A stretch of DNA of 40,000 nucleotides. Source: Haloquadratum walsbyi J07HQW1 (GTDB lineage: Archaea > Halobacteriota > Halobacteria > Halobacteriales > Haloferacaceae). Below are positions 35,107-40,000 of the stretch, piece by piece. Below the pieces are notes generated by a model, which did no database searches, was not told the origin of the DNA, and saw only the letters and a list, made by a program, of their open reading frames with translations. Each line of letters starts with the position of its first letter. Positions within the stretch are counted from its first letter, which is position 1. The position numbers and the translations under genes are program-made. The stretch lies in the NCBI GenBank assembly GCA_000415965.1, contig KE356560.1, forward strand, positions 698,895-738,894, given 5' to 3'.

Positions 35107-36227
35107 TTCTCACCCCCGAGTTTCCGTTGCATCTGCCACTCGATATACTGTGAGCCGATCGAAATGATGATCACGGTAATAAACAGGATGACGCCCGCCG
35201 CGAATAGCGCGTCCATCTGAAGCCCGTCAGCCTCGCCATAGTTATTCGCAATCAATGAAGTAAGAGTAGCCTGACCGTAAAAGGCGTTGTATAGTGGTTT
35301 CGTCAACTGCGGGACACCCCGGAGCATAACCGTTGCCGCCATTGTTTCACCGATTGCTCGCCCAACTCCGAGCAAAACCGCCGCCGAAACCCCAGAAAAG
35401 GCAGCAGGCAGCGTGATCGAGGTCATCGTCTGCCAGTCAGTGGTCCCCATCGCCAAAGACCCACTTTTCATCGACTCGGGGACACTACTGAGGGCATCCT
35501 CAGCGACCGAGACAACCGTCGGCAGCGCCATCAACCCAACGACAATTCCAACGAACAAGTACGACCCCTGACCGGTGATCCGGAACTGTTCGGCCGCCCA
35601 TGGGCTCAGGATAGTGAACCCAATGAATCCATAAACAATCGAGGGAATGCCGGCGAGGATTTCGACGCCCGGCTTGACGAGTTCACGGACGGTTGTGGGC
35701 GCAATCTCCGAGAGGAAAAGCGCTGCTGAGACACCAAGCGGTGCGGCTACCACCGTCGCGATCGTTGTCACCATAACCGTGCCGTGGATCATCGGGACCA
35801 TTGAGTATCGGATTGGCGGTGACACCGCATCCCACTGCACTTGAGTGAACATCCGGAGTCCTGGCACAGTGATACCGAGGATGCTTTGACTCTCGTATTG
35901 GATCACGGGGATTGACTTCATGAAAATAAACAGCGTAATCAAAAGCAGGATCAAGATGGTTGAGACCGTCATCGAGAGTGTCAGCATCCGCGCAGTTAGC
36001 CCCTGATAGTTCAACCACCCATAGCTAGCTGCGATGAGAAATATGCCGAAGGGAATGATGGTATATGGCGACACAAGTAAGAAGCCTGCCAGCGCTGACA
36101 CCAGCGCGATCGTCATAATGCTGACCGTCGCAACAGCCAGCGGCTCCTGATCCCCGACGAAACTGGATAATCGCTGCCACCGGTGCGTGAGCGCGTTACG
36201 CGCGGCAACAACCTGTGTTCCTATCAT
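35103..36227 (-). CDS. pstC: Phosphate ABC transporter permease PstC (374 aa)
   Basis: Polytopic. EAA-like loop AEDALSSVPESMKSGSLAMGTTDWQTMTSITLPAAFSG. Located between pstS and pstA. Confidence 0.9.
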   Translation of the reverse strand: MIGTQVVAARNALTHRWQRLSSFVGDQEPLAVATVSIMTIALVSALAGFLLVSPYTIIPFGIFLIAASYGWLNYQGLTARMLTLSMTVSTILILLLITLFIFMKSIPVIQYESQSILGITVPGLRMFTQVQWDAVSPPIRYSMVPMIHGTVMVTTIATVVAAPLGVSAALFLSEIAPTTVRELVKPGVEILAGIPSIVYGFIGFTILSPWAAEQFRITGQGSYLFVGIVVGLMALPTVVSVAEDALSSVPESMKSGSLAMGTTDWQTMTSITLPAAFSGVSAAVLLGVGRAIGETMAATVMLRGVPQLTKPLYNAFYGQATLTSLIANNYGEADGLQMDALFAAGVILFITVIIISIGSQYIEWQMQRKLGGEN

Positions 36228-36285
36228 AATGTGTTACGTGTGTTTATTATCAAAAAACGGGCGGAATGTTGTCGGCGGACGGTAC

Positions 36286-37449
36286 TTACACCTGATCCGG
36301 CAACTTCTCGGCCTCAGCTTGGATATCCTTCGTAGGCAACGGAATATAGTTATTCTGTTCAACAAACACCTGCTGACCGAATGAGGTCAGGAACATATTC
36401 AGGAATGCGCCTTCCTGCATATCGGTCCCACTCGGGGTCTCCTCAGTAATCAGTGTGTACATGTGGAGGTCACGGTTAAGCGGATATGCACTGTCGAAAA
36501 TAGTGTTCTCGGCGTCTTTATCCGGCTTGTAGACCGTGTCGTCGAAATCGATTGAGACTGGTGGAACCTGGTCGCTAGTGAATGCTAGCGCCATGTATGC
36601 GATTGCGCCATCATTATTCGCGACCGCTTCGGCAACCTGCTGATTCTGCCCGAATCGCGAGCTAACGCCCGACATTGACGCATCTGCGGAGCCCAGCATA
36701 TTCAGCCGGAATGAGGTGTCAGTACCGGAACCTTCGGCACGACCGATGACAAAGATTTCCTGGTCGGGACCACCAATCTCCGACCAGTTGGTAATTTCAC
36801 CCTGGTAGATCCCTCGGATTTGCTCGCCGGTGAGCTGGGTCACGCCGGCGTCAAAGACTTCCTTGCTCACGACGACTGGCTGACCGTCGCGGCCAACAAC
36901 ATGGTCGACGTATTTCTCTGATGCTTCCTCATCGCTGATTCCGAGTTCAGCGGTGATTGGTCCCGAGGAGTTCCCGATGTCAACGAGTCCGTCACGAACC
37001 GCTTTACACCCGGTTCCTGAGTGACTCAGGCTCACTGTCGTCGGGTACGGTGGGTCAGAGCGCGTTTCGGTCGGCTCAAAGCCGTATAAGCTCGCGAAGT
37101 AGTCTGCGAGATTCATATCGGTATTGTCGAACTCGCTCCATCCTGGGACCGTGCTCTCGTCGTTGGAGCCCCAGTACTCGCCGTCACTTGGCGGCGCGTT
37201 TGCATTCCAGTAGGAACTGCCCTTATTTGAGATTGGATAGACGGTCGATGATCCCTCTGCGTTAAGAAGGCTGACTTCGCTACCGCTGGAGCTGTCACTA
37301 CTATCGGAGCTGTCGCCACCATCGGAGTCGTCGCCACCGTCGCCTTCACTTGACGAGCAACCGGCAAGACCGGCTGCGCCGATTGCCCCTGAAGTGAGGA
37401 GGAACTTTCGCCGCGATACTCGTGTGTCGTCCGCGTTGACCTTTGACAT
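36286..37449 (-). CDS. pstS: Phosphate-binding lipoprotein PstS with Tat signal (387 aa)
   Basis: Twin-arginine signal SRRKFLLTSGAIGAAGLAGC with lipobox LAGC. An acidic S/D/G linker follows. PBP-like body with GSSTVYP, SHSGTGC and GSGT motifs. First gene of the pst operon. Confidence 0.9.
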   Translation of the reverse strand: MSKVNADDTRVSRRKFLLTSGAIGAAGLAGCSSSEGDGGDDSDGGDSSDSSDSSSGSEVSLLNAEGSSTVYPISNKGSSYWNANAPPSDGEYWGSNDESTVPGWSEFDNTDMNLADYFASLYGFEPTETRSDPPYPTTVSLSHSGTGCKAVRDGLVDIGNSSGPITAELGISDEEASEKYVDHVVGRDGQPVVVSKEVFDAGVTQLTGEQIRGIYQGEITNWSEIGGPDQEIFVIGRAEGSGTDTSFRLNMLGSADASMSGVSSRFGQNQQVAEAVANNDGAIAYMALAFTSDQVPPVSIDFDDTVYKPDKDAENTIFDSAYPLNRDLHMYTLITEETPSGTDMQEGAFLNMFLTSFGQQVFVEQNNYIPLPTKDIQAEAEKLPDQV

Positions 37450-37624
37450 CGACTAATAATCCATCAACTCCGAGTAAAACGATTTATAATACCCCTACCG
37501 AGGACTCAATAGACGTGAGGCTTAAAGTGAGTGCTATATATTCCATTATAGCTCTCTATGCGAGTCATGTTTTCAGGGAACAACACTTATCAAGAGTTAC
37601 CCATCGAAAACGTAGATTGCAAGT

Positions 37625-38578
37625 ATGCACACCGAGGAGTCCAGTCGGATCACCGTTAGCGACGTGGTGGCAGCAGTCGACGATGCCGACATCGACACCG
37701 ACACTGACACTGTCCGCGACGCGCTCGAACCAGTGACTAATGACGGAATAGTCACCCAGGCGGCGATAGAAACTACCGTATCCGATGTCTCAAAGCTTCT
37801 TGCAACAGCAGAGACCCGAATCGAACTCGCCGGGGATGCTTACGATGATATAGCCAGAGCGGCCGAACCCGTTGAGGATGTCCCAGCGGTGCAGGCGCGC
37901 CTTGATGGATTCAGTGAGCGACTATCAGCAATCGAATCACGGATTCCGGAGCTTCGTCCTGAGCTGTCAATCCCAGAGGACGTCGAAACCCGACCCGTTG
38001 CAATCTACGAGTTCGCGGTCCATGTCCGAGAGATTGTTGTGACTGCACAGGAGGCAATTGAGGCGGCCGAAGACTTCTCCTTCGACGCCGAGCAGTTTGA
38101 GTCGTGGCTGACTCGTCCGGATCGCCGCTACGACGAGTTCGCTGAGGACCTGGAGGTAGTGGTTGACGCAACCGACGAACTCGCTGTCACAGTTGATGCG
38201 CTGGCGGGCGACCCCATGAGCATGACCGCGATTGTGGATCCGGCAGTCCAGTGGGCGGACGCCACAATGCGGACACAGGTGCTTTTACTTCTACTCACCG
38301 ACCTCCGTGCGGAGCTTGCTGACCTCCGCACACTCGCCGACCGCACAGACGCCCATGTCCGAACCGGACTCGCCGATCGAATAAACCGGGCGGAGGAACA
38401 GGTCACTGATCTCAACTCAGCGCTCGGTACGCACGCCACTCCAGCATGGCGCGACCGGTTCGGGGACGACATCGCAGCGTTTGATTCGACGCTTAATAGG
38501 TTCGATCCACCAGTTGACTGGGGCGCCGTTGACCGGACACTGGCGGAACATCAACCGGATGGTTCCGATAAGGAGTAA
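37625..38578 (+). CDS. Acidic alpha-helical cytoplasmic protein of unknown function (317 aa), divergent from pstS
   Basis: Long clean ORF with a strongly acidic haloarchaeal composition and no TM segment or catalytic motif recognised. It shares the elevated GC of the pst genes. Confidence 0.65.
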   Translation: MHTEESSRITVSDVVAAVDDADIDTDTDTVRDALEPVTNDGIVTQAAIETTVSDVSKLLATAETRIELAGDAYDDIARAAEPVEDVPAVQARLDGFSERLSAIESRIPELRPELSIPEDVETRPVAIYEFAVHVREIVVTAQEAIEAAEDFSFDAEQFESWLTRPDRRYDEFAEDLEVVVDATDELAVTVDALAGDPMSMTAIVDPAVQWADATMRTQVLLLLLTDLRAELADLRTLADRTDAHVRTGLADRINRAEEQVTDLNSALGTHATPAWRDRFGDDIAAFDSTLNRFDPPVDWGAVDRTLAEHQPDGSDKE

Positions 38579-38635
38579 TGTAATCGCATGATGTGTTTGT
38601 CTTAGCTAAGCTATGATGACACTCTGTCGAGCAGC

Positions 38636-38779
38636 ATGCGCTATCTGTCCAAAGACATCCCTGAGGAAGTTGTGAGTGATCGGATAAACGTCGGACAGGA
38701 CACCCTGGACAAGCACTACGACAAGCGAACTCAGGAACAGAGAGTGAAACAACGACGCGGCTATCTTGAGGACGTCTAA
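38636..38779 (+). pseudogene. C-terminal fragment of a tyrosine recombinase (phage-type integrase)
   Basis: Not in the ORF track. Manual translation: MRYLSKDIPEEVVSDRINVGQDTLDKHYDKRTQEQRVKQRRGYLEDV*. This matches the extreme C-terminus of haloarchaeal XerC/D-like integrases (..vpeevvsdR.nvs.dvLdkHYd.r, with the catalytic Tyr in HY). The frame is closed by TAG at 38603-38605, so only about 50 codons remain. Confidence 0.5.
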
Positions 38780-38855
38780 ACCCGCCAATCGGAGTATAAA
38801 AACTATTTAAACACGCGTACCGGATTGAGGTCAAAATCATGGTTTGGGATAGCCT

Positions 38856-39560
38856 TCAGATGGAGAGGGAGAGTGATAGCTGAAATCGCTCAGTACGAAT
38901 CAAACCACGCTTCCGTATCTTCATAGAAGGTCTGAAGGGTGTTCTTATGGAACTGTCCAAGGAAACACAGGGGATACTGCTGTTCGCTTGTGTTGGTGTG
39001 TCGTAGGAAGCGGTTAGGGTCAGACCGCTGTCGTCCATGGGTGCCTCTCTTTCAAAAACGATGTGATATCCGGCGAAATCTCCAAGTTCTCCCGCTTTAT
39101 TGAAGCTAAAACTAAAACAAGAGAACCCGCCGTGTTGGAAGTCAGTCCTCAACCCGCGAAGGAAAGTCAATTTTCTGCTATGGTGGAGTTGGTCTGTTCC
39201 CCCTAAACCGGGAGTTGAAGTCACGGTCTTCTAAGGGATTCTACCGGGGGAATGCTGACTGAAGAGTACGCGAATCGTCCCATTGAACGAATAGATCGAT
39301 GCAAGGTAATTGTGGAGAACTCGGAGTTCTTCAAACCCTTCCTCTTCCCGATCCTCATTGTGGCAGATAAATATTGTATTCGTCTCAAGATTCCCGTCAA
39401 TATACTCATCTATCTCAAAGTAATTCTGATCAAGGGTACGCTTGGCTACGCTCAGACGCGTTCTGTTGCCACCGCTGATCCCTCTATCCGGACTTACGGC
39501 TTGTCCGGCGATCTCCTGTATTTGAAATTCACACTCAGATAAAAAAGAATCAGAAGACAC
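38856..39560 (-). pseudogene. Hypothetical ORF interrupted by one in-frame TAG (109-aa and 122-aa halves in the same frame)
   Basis: ORFs 39231..39560 and 38856..39224 share a frame. They are separated only by TAG (39231-39233) plus two codons, and the second half starts at GTG. No family recognised. Confidence 0.3.
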
Positions 39561-39568
39561 AGAAGCCG

Positions 39569-39688
39569 CTATTCGTCCGCGTCGTCGTTGAACTTGACAG
39601 CACGGAGCGCACGCTGAGCAGTCACTACGTCATCATCAACTGCTGTAGCGACCTTCTCAGCCGTGGGGATGTCGCGTTTCTCAGCCAT
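39569..39688 (-). CDS. Possible 39-aa acidic mini-protein
   Basis: Manual translation: MAEKRDIPTAEKVATAVDDDVVTAQRALRAVKFNDDADE*. The composition is haloarchaeal-like, but the ORF is short and unsupported otherwise. Confidence 0.2.
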   Translation of the reverse strand: MAEKRDIPTAEKVATAVDDDVVTAQRALRAVKFNDDADE

Positions 39689-40000
39689 CTCATTCGTGAG
39701 TGCCGGTTGAGGGCTGTTAACTGTTGAGCACAGGTTGAGGCGACTATAGGTATCGGTATCAGGCAGGATCTAAGCGACCTTTGCCACCCTAATCACGCTC
39801 AATCTGATTCCTCAATCGCTTCCTTCGCCTCTTGTGGCGCTTCCGACCCTGCTGCCCTTCCCACAGTAGGACGGTACAGAGTCGGATCATCGGCCCACTC
39901 GCAATGCATCATGGCGCTCTCACGCTTTATGTTTCGGACGCTGTATGCAATACTGTTAGCTAGCTACCTCTATTCAATTTCCGTGATGATTTACAGGGGA

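Overview
This 40-kb window looks like a haloarchaeal chromosome segment. The predicted proteins are acidic, PstS carries a Tat signal plus lipobox, several genes have TATA-like boxes about 26-33 nt upstream of the start codon (the spacing expected for leaderless transcripts), and IS1341-type TnpB elements are present. Hand counts on sampled 60-nt lines give roughly 43-52% GC for most of the window, with long AT-rich spacers. That is reminiscent of a Haloquadratum-like genome, but this is inference only.

Positions 1-15907 form one co-directional minus-strand cluster of ten genes. The only recognisable enzymes are three very divergent tubulin/FtsZ/CetZ-superfamily GTPases of 410, 430 and 615 aa; the 615-aa one has an N-terminal C2H2-type zinc finger. 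Each is flanked by large membrane-anchored, acidic alpha-helical proteins. The cluster also encodes a 1096-aa polytopic protein with an exodomain rich in glycosylation sequons, plus small membrane proteins. Several junctions are ATGA/TGATG overlaps. This is my candidate for the undescribed system: a three-module tubulin-like cytoskeleton/envelope apparatus.

The rest of the window contains:
- mutS
- an apparently intact TnpB-only IS200/IS605-family element, preceded by a 43-codon ribbon-helix-helix mini-ORF and followed by a hairpin-rich omega-RNA-like 3' region
- an SDR oxidoreductase, an AstE/AspA-family metallohydrolase, a DMT transporter and purT
- two decayed TnpB copies that retain a homologous 3' terminal hairpin
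- a NAD kinase-IMPase fusion, a frameshifted RidA gene and an MFS transporter
- a visibly GC-richer pstSCAB island (about 57-60% on sampled lines) bracketed by mobile-element debris
- several hexa/heptanucleotide microsatellites

I found no rRNA, tRNA or CRISPR array.
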